64,000 bases of DNA from the human T2T-CHM13v2.0 reference genome, Homo sapiens, in the NCBI RefSeq assembly GCF_009914755.1, contig NC_060932.1. The stretch is one strand, 5' to 3'. The notes under the pieces are model-generated. The model was not told the origin of the DNA and did no database searches. It saw only the letters and a program-made list of their open reading frames with translations. The translations under genes and the position numbers were made by a program. Of this stretch, positions 1 to 12,439 are shown in pieces (position 1 is the stretch's first letter; each line of letters opens with the position of its first letter).

Positions 1-629
1 TTTCCAGGTGCCTTCTGGCTGGCTAGTTTCCACTGAATCCCAAGCCCATCACCCACTCTTTAAGCCTACCCCACGATTCATCACTCTTCCCTTGCCTTAG
101 GCCTTTTATTTTCTGTTCTGTGGCAGGTAAACACAGATTTCCTTCTCAAGAATCAGCGAATGTGCTCTATTTCTGATGCATAAACTCTGAATAACTTCTC
201 CACACTTCCAGATTCTTCACACCTCGCTCTGGCTCACCCATCCGACTGTACGCCCATCTCATCATATCCCACTCCCATCAGGTCAGCACTCACCTGTTGG
301 CTATGAAATGAACCCTGTCCACTCCAGCCACCATGGCCACCCTCCCTGCCTGTCATACCTTCTTTATTATTTACCTAGACACCCACCTGGTCAATAAAGT
401 CCTACTCAATCCCATTTCCTTATGGAGTCTTTCCTGACTGTTGCAGTCCTTACTGTGCACTTTACTCTGAAATCGTAAATAATAACAGGTCCATAATTAA
501 ACAACTAATTAAAGAAGCATTTACTGACCATCTACTAAGTGGCAACAAGGGTGAAGTGAGAATGATGGTGACTAAATGGGAATACTGAACCAAGGTCTTG
601 CTGGGTGATTGATGGGATCAGGAAGGTAA

Positions 630-1260
630 GGAAGATGAAGGAACCTAAGATGATCCCCCAGATTCTGCCCTGAGAATTGGATGGGGTGCTGCCACTCACT
701 GAGATGGGGATACAGAAATGGGATCAGACTGGTGGGATGGGGATGTGAGACAGTTGCAAGCAGGGCACATTGAGACTGAGACTGCTGTGATGCACTTGGA
801 GAGAGGTGTCCAACAGAAAGTTGGCTCTGTGAATTTTGTAGTCCTGGAGCTCAAGAGCTCTCTGTCTAATGAAGGAAGCCCACAAATAAGCCCAGAAATT
901 ATAATAGCAAGTAGTAAATACTACAGACGAAGTGCAAACAACCAAAGGAGACCAAAGGAAGGACAAATGCCTGGGGATATTGGGAAGCTTCTAAAGGAAG
1001 TGGCACTCGAGTGGGGCTGGAAGACCAGTCCAGGTTTAACATGTGAATGGGTAGAAAGAGCACACCCAGATGAAGCAACAGCATGTGCAAATATACCAAG
1101 TGGGGACGAGGATGGGCTAGTCCACAAGTGGCAAGTGGGTCACAGTGGCTGAAGAGTAGAGAACGTGAAGGAATCCATGGCAATGAAGCTGGAGCAGATG
1201 AAAGACCTGCCAGTAATGACCTCTGGACCATATCTGACACAAAGTAGTTTAAGACACTAG
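630..1260 (-). mobile_element. L2 LINE fragments (ancient)
   Basis: Purine-rich stretches typical of antisense L2 (gatgatcccccagattctgccctgag...cactgagatgggga; gcttctaaaggaagtggcactcgag). Boundaries approximate. Confidence 0.5.
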
Positions 1261-2528
1261 ATATTTTACACTCGAATCCAGATTTCCCTCTTCTACTGAA
1301 AGAAAAAGGAGGGCCAGAGCTTTCATTTTCATGGTGACAATGGTCAGGCAGAGCAGTGGCTACTGCCATCGAACAGTCAGGTCTTTCTTGTTGGCCACAA
1401 CTCTCAAAACAACACTTTACTCTTGATATGATCCACCTCGCCCCTGTTGGCATTTGCAGTTTGAGCCACTGCTGGAACTGGAAGACAATGCCAAGGAATC
1501 TGGACTTATTTCCAAGGGCAACACAGGCCTGCTGAGGGCAAGGATGGTCCGGGTGGACAACATAATGAAGACATGTGGATAAGGTCATTTCTTTTGAGTT
1601 CCTTCTCCTGAAAGGGTTGACCCCAAACTAGGCCTGAATAGAGGCCATCAGAATGTTCTCTGGTCTTGAAAAGCAGTTTCCTGGCACTCGATTTTTTTCT
1701 CTCTCCTGCCCTGTTAACAATGCTGTATCCTAGATGTTGAGTCATAATGGCGCTACCTAATTTTACTAGGAAATCCACCCATCCCAAGACCTCTCAGCAT
1801 GGTGGTCCTTTGGCCCACAGGTGATTTGGATGTCTAGAGATGTATGTGTCTGTCCAGGAGGCAGCTGGCTGTTTTATAAGCTGCTCAGGAGAACCTATTG
1901 AATTGTATCACAATCTTCAGGCACTTCTGATCCACCACCCTCCTGGGGAGCATGCTGGGAAATGCATGACTGCTGAGGGAAGAAAGACTCAAGTCAAAGG
2001 GTAGTAGGCTTAAAATACTCCCAGCCAGAGCTATTGATCATGCAAGAACAGGAAAGGGAAGGAGCCCAAGAGGGCAGCAGGCTGGCCCAAATTTTCTCTC
2101 AGCAGAGATCTTGCTGATCTATAGAATTTAAACCTATAAAGGCAATGAAGGAGATTGGCACCAACAGGCCCATGCTACAGCATTACTATTTAGGTGCTTA
2201 TGGAACCCATTAAAACGATGATAAAGCACTCATTTGCAAATCTTTTTCTTTGTACCTACTATGTGTCTCCCACAGTGACTCAGTTCCTGTCCTCAAAGAC
2301 CTCATGGTCTATTTAAAAATGTATACAACTAAATGAATCACTACAACACAATGTGTAAAGTGCATCCATTACATATTTACCAAATGTTACGACATTCACA
2401 ACTATGGTTGGGTATTATGGAGGCTTCATGGAGAAAGGGAGAGTTTGGCTGAATTTTGAAGGATGAGTAGGAATTTGGCCAAGAGGCTGAGAAGAAGGAT
2501 GTCTAGGCAGAGGGAGCACTTGCGATCA

Positions 2529-2540
2529 GATAAAGAAAAT

Positions 2541-2595
<55 letters not shown>

Positions 2596-2663
2596 TGTGT
2601 GTGTATATATATGTGGTGTGTATATATATATATATATGGTGTATATATATATATATATTTATG

Positions 2664-2714
<51 letters not shown>

Positions 2715-3340
2715 GCCACACCACACACACACATATATATACACCACATATATGTACATGCCACACATATGTGTATATATGTATATATCAGCCTCCCATA
2801 AAATATTGCATAAAATATTACATGTGTGTATAGATATACACACATATATACATATGTACACACAGAAAATATTATATGTGTATATATACACACATGTATA
2901 TACACATATAATATTTTACATATTATATGTAACATTCTTTTTATGTCTGAGTAATATGCAGCCATAAACACACACACCATAAAATATTACTCAGCCATAA
3001 AAAGAATGAAATCCTGCCTTTTGCAGCAACATGGATGGAACTGGAGGCCATTATCTTAAGTGAAATAACTTAAAAACAGAAAGTCAAATACTGCATATTC
3101 TCTCTTGTAAATGGGAAATAAACCTGTATACATGGACACAGAGAATGGAATAATAGACAGTGGAGACTCTGAAAGGTGGGAGGGTGGAAGGGAGGTGAAG
3201 AATGAGAAATCACCTATTGGGTACGATGTACACTATTGGGGTGATGGTTACATAAAAGTCTAGAATTCACCACTATGTAATACATCCATGTAATGAAACT
3301 GTACTTGTACCCCCTAAATCTACAGAAATGTTTAAAAATG
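2529..3340 (+). mobile_element. L1MA-type LINE-1 3' end, interrupted by a simple-repeat expansion
   Basis: gataaagaaaatgtg...cagccataaaaagaatgaaatc...gcagcaacatggatggaactggaggccattatcttaagtgaaataac...cttgtaccccctaaatcta matches the L1MA ORF2 end and 3'UTR. Confidence 0.85.
2544..2930. repeat. Compound (TA)n/(TG)n/(CA)n microsatellite; pure AT tract 2544-2593
   Basis: Directly visible dinucleotide runs. Confidence 0.97.
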
Positions 3341-3537
3341 CCATAAAATAAAATGTGGTATAGCCTTAAAAAAATGAAGCTGCACACGTTTGGGGCCAGT
3401 GAGAACTGGGTCCTTGTTCTGGCTCCACCAATAATAACCATTGTAATTGGTGTCCATGGTCATCTTAACTTCGCCAGGGCTCAGTTTTCTCATGTCTGAA
3501 ATGCAGATAGTAAGAGCAGCCCTATAGAGTTATTTAG

Positions 3538-3749
3538 AGCAACACTGTCCAATACAGTAACCCTAACCACCTGTGGCTACTTAAGTATAAATTAATTAAA
3601 GTTAAGTAAAATTTTAAGGTCCAATTCCTTATTCACAATATTCATAGTACAAATGTTCAGTGGCCACATGTCCCAAGTAGGACCATATTGGACAGTGCAG
3701 CTTATAAAACATTTTCATCATCGCAGAAGTTTCCATTCGATAGTACTGA
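3538..3749 (-). mobile_element. MER3 (hAT-Charlie) DNA transposon
   Basis: cactgtccaata...ccacctgtggcta...ggccacatgt...atattggacagtgcag...cattttcatcatcgcagaagtttccatt. Confidence 0.8.
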
Positions 3750-4158
3750 TTTAGAGGATGAGACTTTTGGATATAAAAGTCACCTTGCATATTGTTTAGT
3801 ATATAAACAATGTTTAATAGCATAATTATACCTATTATTAATTATAATAATTATAATTTGTAAAGGCCTAGAGTCATAATTCTCAAAGTATGAAATGAAT
3901 GAAGGAAAGAAGGAGACACAGATAACAAAGAATTAATATCGATTGGGAAATGAGGCAATTAGGGAGTAACTGAAGGAAAGGAGGAAGGAAGGGAGAAAGG
4001 CAGGCAGGCCAATAAGTGTGCTGGTTCTTCTGCATTTGTTCCCCAGAGCCATTTCTCTCTTTCCTGCTCTGCTCAGTGCCTGGGAGGCTGATCTCTGCAG
4101 ACCATTTCATCTAAGCTCCCTGTCTGGCTGGCTTCTGATAGAGTTTGGTTAATGGAAG

Positions 4159-4594
4159 TGAGAAATAAAACAGTCACCAATTTGCAAAATAAAGTATGAC
4201 CTGCAAAAGGGATAAACTGATCCAGCCATGACATGTAACACAAATTAGCTCAAAACATTCTTAAATACCAGCTCATTCAGTCCCACATGTTCCCAGCTAA
4301 TACTACAAATTGATGTAACCATAACTCTGTATGAACTTTTATGCTCCACAGATAAGACCACTGACTGTCCTAGAAAATTGCTTCATTCATAAATTCTGAC
4401 CAATCCCTGTCTAGACAATGCATATTAAAGCCATCTTAGGACTAACCCCACAATCTTACAAGTACCTTCCCTAACTCCCCTTTTTTGAGACATTCTTGAG
4501 ATTTTGTTGCAGGACTACTCTTCCTTGCTTATCATATTTAATAAATCCAGCTTAGTAAGATAACCAGTGTTCCCTGGTGGTGGTTGCTTCAACA
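4159..4594 (+). mobile_element. Solo LTR (family not assigned) nested in the LTR33-like element
   Basis: TG...CA termini (tgagaa...caaca), AATAAA near the 3' end, flanks ggaag/ggagg resembling a 5-bp TSD; host element resumes after it. Confidence 0.6.
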
Positions 4595-4898
4595 GGAGGC
4601 AACCACAGGAGCCAGGAGAGCAGGAAGTAGGGTGAGGCATTGCTTTCCATGCCTCACTCTGTTTCAGTACTGACTCTGGCTGTAGCTGTACCTGCCCAAC
4701 CCCCAACAGTAGCTTCTGCTTGGGGGCCCCTTCTTTATGAGCTCCAACAACATATCTTCCTCCTCTTGTCCCTTCAACTTGGGGGCAGTAATAGAGTTTG
4801 AAATTGCTAGCTTCTGCCGCTTCAATATTCCTCATTTGTTCCCTTATCCTTGCCCATTTTCTACACAACTTCCCCTCATTAAAGAGTTTTTTGGGGGG

Positions 4899-4943
4899 TT
4901 TTTTGTTTGTTTTTGTTTGTTTTGTTTTGTTTTGTTTTGTTTT
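4899..4943. repeat. (GTTTT)n simple repeat
   Basis: Directly visible. Confidence 0.9.
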
Positions 4944-7689
4944 AATGTGTGGGCAAACTGAGTTTCTGAATGACAGATAGTGCAACTTATTATTTATTGT
5001 CAAGCAGTGTGCTAAGCTCCCTTCCCTGGGCATCTTCTTAGACACACGCATGACAGGCACTCAACCCCAATTTACAGATGCAGAAACCTAATTCATCAGG
5101 TTAGGCAACTCGCCCAAGGCCATGTCAATCAATGTTTAGTGTGGGAACATAGACCTTTCAAATTCAGATATCTGTGTGCTTTCTACTACTCTGGACTGAA
5201 CTCAAACGTGGGCATTTGAAAAATGGTTCTCTCCTTCTCTCAAATGAGTGTTCTGTTAGCTCCTGGAGGTTGTTCTCAGTGTTTATGTTTTTGCTTTCTT
5301 CTCCCTCTCCCAATCCTGGTAACATTCTGACTTTGCATTAAGCTTTTACAACTTCCCCTCAGGAACTAACGTATCTTCTTTACTCCCTCTAAGAAAAACT
5401 TGGCCAAAAAATCATCTACTGTCCTTGCAGATCTCTGATCATCCATCTCTGGCTTCAGCCTTGGAAGATGCCAATGTCCTGAAACCCAGCATCAAAGAGA
5501 CCAGATGATGACTTTTAAGGAGGGTGGGGTGCCACCCTGAAACCTCAAATGGATCTTCCTATCCAATTCACAAATCTGTTTCCCAGCAGTGTGTGCATAG
5601 GTGTAGCACAGCTAAATTGCATCAGTATATGCACATCTAAATTTATACAAAAGGGGACAACACTATAGGAAGCAGGCAAGCTAGCAAGAGTCAGTAAGAG
5701 TTGGAAGTTAGTGTAAAGGATAGCAAAATCTTCCTCGAAGGATGTAGCGGTAAACTTAGAAAGATCAATATTTAGGGGAGAATCTCTTGAGTAATAGTCC
5801 TTAATTATGCAAACACACAAATCATTTCTGGGGGAAAAGTAATGGAATATTCCCTAGCTTAACAAAGGCAGACTCTTGACAGCATTTTTTTATATCTTAA
5901 GTTGAGAGGTGGTGGAGGAATCCACATAAGGAGTTTTTGGGGATTCCAGATGGGAACAGACCAAGACAGAATACAAAGTGACTCAGAAGCTGTGGGAGTC
6001 TTGGCTAGTGACATTAATTTAATACCTGGGCCACAGAGTTTGGGGGTGAAAGCTGGTCCCATCATTACTTATAGCTGAGGCTGATTCAGCCACCTAGCTA
6101 TGGAATTCTTTACCACAAATGACTGAGCATATAAAGCTGAAATCAAAGAGATGAAAACTTGGAGCCTGAGTTTGTGGTACCTTGGGAGCAAGTGTTAGAA
6201 TCTGGGCCAAAAGTAGCTTCAGCGCAGGGGAAATAAGCAGCCACTGAACTGTGCAGGACCTGTGTTCCACAGTGACACCATGTGGCAGTGAGACAAGAGT
6301 GGACTAAGTACACTTTCCAATTTTCTTCAAAGGAGCATTAAAAGCAAGACTGGCTCCTGTTTTGCACTACATACGCCCCTTAGGTTTGTGGCTGATTCAA
6401 GAGGGAGCTAGTGGTCACCCCAGTGATAAGTCATAAACTGGAAAAGTAGAGGTAAAGTAAGCTACAACAACTACACTGAGAAACGTGGGGCTTAGTTCTT
6501 GGGTTCTAACTTGCTGTGTGTGACTTAGGCCGAATCACTTCATTTCTCTTGGCTTTATCATTTCATCTTTAAAAAGAGCCTTTCTAGATTCAAGACTTCC
6601 CAGAGGACCATGAGATCCATAACAATAGAGACAAAGTTTTGTTCACTGCAGTATCCCCAGAGCCCAGTGGACAGCACAAAGTACTCACTCATAAGTGTTT
6701 GTTTAATTGAATCAGATTAATGATCTCAGGCATGAACTATTCCCCAACAAGCTTAGCCTTGAGGCAAATGCAAAAGAAAAAACAGATTTGGGCCAGGATA
6801 TTGGTCACTAAAGGAGTCACAGTAGTGCTGAGTTCATGGAAGATGGATGATAAATGTTCATCCCATTCATATCAGAAGATTAGAAAGGTTATATGACTCG
6901 GGGAGTCGCACAGCTCCCCACACTTCCATAGGGTTCTCTTTATGTTCCCTGGTGACAGAAATGTGTCCACCAGCTTCTTTTCCTTTTGGACCAGCTGTCT
7001 CATCCTCTGGTCCCCGGAGGATGGCAACCCTTGCCTCCTGTCCCAGAAACAAGCACTAAAGCTTCCTGGGGCTTCTCTGAGAGTTTTCAGTGTCAGGCCC
7101 AGCAGGGAGCTGCAGGCAGGGAGAAAGAACAAAAAAGTAAATGATATCTCCTATCTCACGGGGCTCACGGCAGAAGCCTTCCCAGGTTTGAGGTTGAATA
7201 AAAACAGAGCTGGGCTATGAGGTTCCACCTGACTTTGAGTCTAGGTCCCTCTCCTCCTCCATGGGCTCCTGAGTCCACCGGCTTTCTTCTCTATCAGTAG
7301 CTCCAACTGCAACCCTGCCCTCCCGAAGCCTGAACAAGTGAGAAAGAGAGAGCAGATAAGGAGGCCAGGCAGAATCAACAGTGACAAGTACCATTAGAGA
7401 GGGATGGATGGAGGGCAGGGGGAGCCCAGAGAAGAAGATAACAAACTCAGCCTGGAGGGGAAAGGCTTGACAAGGGACCTGCATCTGGAGGCAATAGAAG
7501 CATTGAGGAGCCAAGAAGCCATATCAGTGGGAAGTACAACAGCAAAAAGAAAAGCCATGTTCTCAGAGTTATTTATCATGCTTCACATGAGGGGCACACG
7601 TAAGGGAAATCAGACACTGTGATTCAATGGCTGCATGCGTTTGTTTTTCTAATTATTATTATTACCATCAAGGGGAGCCATAATAACCA

Positions 7690-7920
7690 CAAAGGGTAAG
7701 ACTTGTCAAGCGCTGACACTGGGGCAGCCGCTGTGATTGACCTGGTTTATTTGCTCATGTAATTCTCACAATAACCCCATGACAGAAGAATGTTATCATC
7801 CCCACTTTAACAATGGAGATACTGAGGATCAGAGGGGTTAAGTAAACTGCTTGAGCTCCCACAGCTAGAAAGTGGCAGAACTAGAATTTCAGACCAAGTC
7901 TATCTGACTCCAGAGTCTAA
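7690..7920 (-). mobile_element. MIR SINE
   Basis: aattctcacaataaccccatga...atccccactttaacaatggagatactgagg...agctagaaagtggcagaactagaattt. Confidence 0.8.
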
Positions 7921-7932
7921 ATTGTTGCTATT

Positions 7933-8344
7933 TGTGAAGGTTAATATTGAGGGTCAGCTTGATTGGATTGAAGGATGAAAATTATTGTTCCTGGTTGTGT
8001 CTGTGAGGGTGTTGCCAAAGGAGATTAACATTTGAGTCAGTGGACTGGGAGAGACAGACCCACCCTCAATCTGGGTGGGCACCATCTAATCATTTGCTAG
8101 CTCCCCTAGAATAAAAGCAGGCAGAAGAGCATGAAAAGACTAGACTGGTTTAGACTTCTGACCTGTATCTTTCTCCCATGCCGGATGCTTCCTGCCCTTG
8201 AACATCAGACGCCAAGTTCTTCAGCTTTGGGACTTGGACTGGCTTTGTGTGAGTCAATACTCCTTAATATATACTCCTTAATAATGTCCCCTTTATATTT
8301 ACATCTATCTGATTAGTTCTGTCCCTCTAGAGAACCGTAATACA
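7933..8344 (+). mobile_element. MLT2A (HERVL) solo LTR with internal deletion
   Basis: tgtgaaggttaatattgag...cttgattggattgaaggatg...gtccctctagagaacc-taataca; perfect 5-bp TSD ctatt (7928-7932 / 8345-8349). Confidence 0.92.
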
Positions 8345-8899
8345 CTATTATTATCTCCTGCTGCTCATTAATTCATTATTCCACAAATATTTATTAAGCA
8401 CCTACTGCATGCCAGGGGCTATTCTCTGCCTTATTATGCTGATTTATTGACATTTGAGTTAGAGGCAAATTTCCAGGGTCACAGCTACTGTATGGAGCAT
8501 TATGCACACTGGAAGATATATGTGAGCTAATGAATGGCTCAACTCCCTTTCAGGACCGGCACCCCAAACACCCTGGACTACATCCATGAGTGTGCCCCCA
8601 GAAAATGAGGCACCTCCCAGCATCGCTGACAAGCGAGCTGCAACACCAAATAGCAAGGACCACACACTAGAAATCCCCTCACCACATGTCAGCTAAAAGA
8701 ATGAACTAGTAACTGCATGACCAGGATTTCACCAACACAGAACTGGGTTGAAGAAGCCGACAAAGACAGGACAAATCCCCATCCCTTTAATCACAAAATC
8801 TTACAAACTGGTCCCCTCTGTGAGAGTTTGAATCCCAGCTATCTCAGAGAGAACTCTGAGCTGTGAAATACTAAACTTGGAAGGGCCCTAAACATCTTT

Positions 8900-9105
8900 G
8901 AGACTTTCCCAAATGTCAGTTGGTCAGATACCCCGTCACCATCTTTGCTTTGTTTAGGCATGACTTGTACTATTAATTACTTTAGGTATTGTTTTAAATC
9001 AACTTTCTTTTCCACTTCAATCCAATTACAGCATAAGAGAAGGAGACTTTATATCATGACCTTTAATAGGAAAGCCAGACCTTCTCATATAAATAGGTTA
9101 CCATA
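8900..9105 (+). mobile_element. Charlie-type (Charlie18a-like) DNA transposon fragment; duplicated in arm B at ~17175-17375
   Basis: tgtactattaattac...aaatcaact...aaggagactttatatcatgacc...ataaataggttaccata resembles Charlie18a. Confidence 0.55.
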
Positions 9106-9968
9106 GGAATAGATCTACTGGCCTCAGAATGTGACTGAGTTCAAAGCAATTTAATATATCTCCGTGTACCCCATATTCAAGGGAGCACACTGACCAGCTG
9201 AGTGGGAATGAGCCCTGCTCAGATCCCTGGGTGGATGCTGGTTTACTGAGACTGGCCGTGCAGACCCAGGATGCTTTCACTGCTGTTTTACTGCTTGGTA
9301 GCTGCCTGTGTGAATAGCTGTGCAACCTCGGGTCCATCTCCATGTAACATAAAGATCCCCCAGCTCCCTTTTCCATTGCAGGTTTCTCTCTCTCTCTGAG
9401 CATGAATCTATTGACCACAGCTTCTTAAGACTCCTCTCACTCCAGTCTCCACGAGGAGTGCAGGAGTGCGGGGCAAAGCGCCCCACTGGGAGGACCTGGG
9501 CAAGGGTAACCTACAGGAGGAGAGGTGGGGTGGGCAGCAGAGGACGAGTTCCACTGCCTGGGCTGGTCTTCCACTTCTGTGACTGACTGAGATGATGCTG
9601 CCCTCCCTGTAAAATGAGCCGTCAAAGAGCACAGGTGCTTCTCAATGTGGGCCTGGGCACCACAGGTGGCACCACAGGTGACTGGACGCCTTCACAGCTG
9701 AACATCTTAAATATGTTTAAGTTAAACTCATCACTCCACCCCTAGAACATCTGGAATCCTAAAAGTGGTATGTGAGCTGAGTGGTCTCTGTTTTTAAAAG
9801 GGTTAAAAGAGAATTTGCCAAACTATATCCGAATAAATCTTGGAATGGATTCTTTGAAAAATTCTGCGTGGTTTATTAAAGTGATGGGTTTGAGGAAAAA
9901 TACTGGTGACCACTGGGAAGCAGCAGATGTTCACTATAAACAAATGGTATCAGAGTCACCTTACGACT

Positions 9969-10211
9969 TTTTTTTTTCTTTTTTTTTTTTGAGATGGAGT
10001 CTAGCTCTGTCGCCAGGCTGGAGTTCAGTGGCACGATTTCGGCTCACTGCAACCTCTCCTGGGTTCAAGCGATTATCTTGTCACAGCCTCCCCAGTAGCT
10101 GGGATTACAGGCAAGTGCTGCCACACCCAGCTAATTTTCTATTAGAGACGGAGTTTTACCACGTTGGCCAGGATGGTCTCGATCTCCTGACCTCAGGATC
10201 CTCCCACCTCG
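9969..10211 (-). mobile_element. 5'-truncated Alu, AluSc-like
   Basis: Poly-T then gagatggagtct...tgtcgccaggctgg and ttggccaggatggtctcgatctc (Sc-type diagnostics); TSD ccttacgact 9959-9968 / ccttatgact 10212-10221. Confidence 0.9.
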
Positions 10212-10837
10212 CCTTATGACTATTTTTAACAAGGCAAGCCTGGTAGATTAAAGTGATTTGTTTATTCTGACAACGTTTATTGAACAGCTACAATAGGTCA
10301 GAGAGTTTGTTGGGTGCTCCACATAAGCCATTTCATATCATTTGCTTTGGTAGGGCATGACAGCAAAAAGATACCACCAAATCATTTAGAAACTGAGAAA
10401 AGAGATTGTCCCCTGTTTACTAATTTATTGTAAAAGTAAGCAAACAGAATTGGAGGACAGATGTGTAAACCGTCCTTAAGGAACAGAAAGGTCAAAATGA
10501 TTTAGCAGCTCCCTGTCCTGTGTCCTTCCACTTCTCATTAAAATGCCACCAAGGACACACACAGGAAGAAGCCAAAATCTCCTAACTCACAAACACCCTG
10601 AAAACCAAAAGTGATAAGCCAATTATTACCAGAATTAGGGAGAAATTTTCATTGACTGTATTTGAAGAATTCACATATGTGAAGTGCTTACAGCAGTGTC
10701 TGGCACACAGAAATGCCAATTGTTAATTATTATTAACTTAAAGTCAAAGGAACTGAACTGAGGAAAAAAATTGGTCACCTCTGAAGACACTGTCCTATGA
10801 AAGAGAGGCCCTACCAGGCAGAGAGGTGCTGAGCAGA

Positions 10838-11270
10838 TGTAGTTGAGCTGAATAATGTCCCCCAAATTTGTCTATTCAGATCCTCAGAATGTGACCTTAT
10901 TTGGAAAGAGGGTCTTTTTAGATGTAATTAGTTAAAGAGGAATTATACTGGAGTTGCGTGGGAACTAAATCCAGTGACTGATATCATTATAAACAGAAGA
11001 GGAGAGGAGACACAAACTCAGAAGAAGTCCATGTGAAGATGGGGGCAGAGATGGAGTGATGCATCTACACACCAGGGAATGTCGAAAACTGCTGGCAGCC
11101 ACCAGCAGCAAGGAAGAGTCAGGAGAGGACTTTTCCCAAGAGCCTTCAGAAGGAGCGTGGCTCTGCTGACACTTTGATTTCAGACTTCTTGTCTCCAGAG
11201 CTGTGAGAGAATACATTTCTGTTGTTTTAAGTCACTCAGGTTGTGGTGCTTTGTTATGGCAGACTCAGAA
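10838..11270 (+). mobile_element. MLT1C-like MaLR LTR
   Basis: cctcagaatgtgaccttatttggaaa...gccttcagaaggagcgtggctctgctgacactttgatttcagacttc...tttgttatggcag. Confidence 0.85.
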
Positions 11271-11574
11271 GAGGTATCTGTCCCTCTACTCCACTGGCAG
11301 AGGCCCAGGGTCTGCATTCACTGGTAAAATGTGCCATATTTCTGCTTTTTGGTGCTGCTTTATGAATCAGCAGATACTGTTTTCAGTCATTTCCAATCTT
11401 TTCAGCTCCAGGGAAAAGTCAAAACAGAGAACAGCTATGACAGACTATGTCTGGGGGATGCAGCTACCACAGGCAGAACCTTGCCTTGGGGGTGAAGACA
11501 GAAACAATATGGGGGGCTTCAAGTGCAGGGGGTTGAGGTCTTTCATGTGCTCCACCACTGGATCAATAGAATGG

Positions 11575-11951
11575 TGATATGGTTTGGCTCTGTGTCCACA
11601 CTCAGATATTATCTAGAATTGTAATCCCCATAATTCCCATGTGTCAAGGGAGAGACCTGGTAGGAGGTGACTGGATCATGGGGGCGGTTTCCCCCATGTT
11701 GTTCTTGTGATAGTGAGTGAGTTCTCACAAGATCTGATGGTTTTGTAAATGTTTGACAGTTCCTCCTTCACACTCTCGCTCTCCCTCACCTGCTGCCATG
11801 TAAGACATGCCTGCTTCCCCTTCTGCCATGATTGTAAGTTTCCTGAGGTCTCTCCAGCCATGTGGAACTGTGAGTCAATTAAACTTCTTTTCTTTGTAAA
11901 TTACCTAGACTCAGGCAGTTCTTTATAGCAGTGTGAGAATGGACTAATACA
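11575..11951 (+). mobile_element. THE1D-like MaLR solo LTR
   Basis: tgatatggtttggctctgtgtcc...ctgtgagtcaattaaac...ggactaataca; perfect TSD aatgg on both sides. Confidence 0.93.
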
Positions 11952-12439
11952 AATGGACTTCTTAGAAATGGAAGCTCCCACCACCATTCATCAAAACTGC
12001 ACAAAACCATTGTCTGTGAGGCTCTGGGACCTGAGCTCAGCATTATGCACATCAACCTTCCAGCCGGACGTCTGAGAGAAAGCTGTGTCTATTAAGGTGG
12101 CAGTGAGCAAGGCCAACAGCAATCCACGTAACCCTGCCTGTTGGCAAATGCTGGCCTAGAAAGACACTCCCTGTTTACAGAAAAATTAAGGGGAGAATAA
12201 AGAATATTGTGGTATGAGTGGAACAGAACATTATCTTGAAGTCTTAAAGAGAATACCTATGAAAAGAATGTGCTACAGAAGCCTGAAGAATAGTTTAGAA
12301 AAACAGAAAAGGCTTTTGTTTTGCAACAGGATAGAGAACCTGGTCTCTGTGAAACAGAAATAAAGAGTTACATGAAGACAATTCACAAGGAAAGGAGAAC
12401 TGGGTATGATAAAAGGCAAATATCTACATTTATAACATG

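Larger units (their letters stand above)
4030..4975 (+). mobile_element. LTR33-like ERVL LTR, split by a second LTR and a (GTTTT)n tract
   Basis: ctggctggcttctg...ttggttaatggaag resumes as ggaggcaaccacaggag after the insert; 3' part tgttcccttatccttgccca...cccctcattaaa. Confidence 0.6.
8541..10787 (+). repeat. Inverted duplication, arm A (contains an Alu absent from arm B)
   Basis: Reverse complement of 15707-17732. Hand-aligned blocks: 8541-8720 about 10 differences/180; 9121-9300 7/180; 10261-10440 about 20/180. Confidence 0.97.

Noticed and set aside
718-1588. Long ORFs (144 aa plus, 229 aa minus)
   Set aside because: They overlap decayed L2 sequence, with no recognisable homology or exon structure.
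2426-2980. Several 78-184 aa Tyr/Ile/Cys/Val/His/Thr-rich ORFs
   Set aside because: Translations of stop-free dinucleotide repeats.
6255-6292. CTCF-like gacaccatgtggcagtg; similar weak hits at ~9660 and ~37680
   Set aside because: Two or more mismatches at core positions; not supportable without PWM scoring or ChIP.
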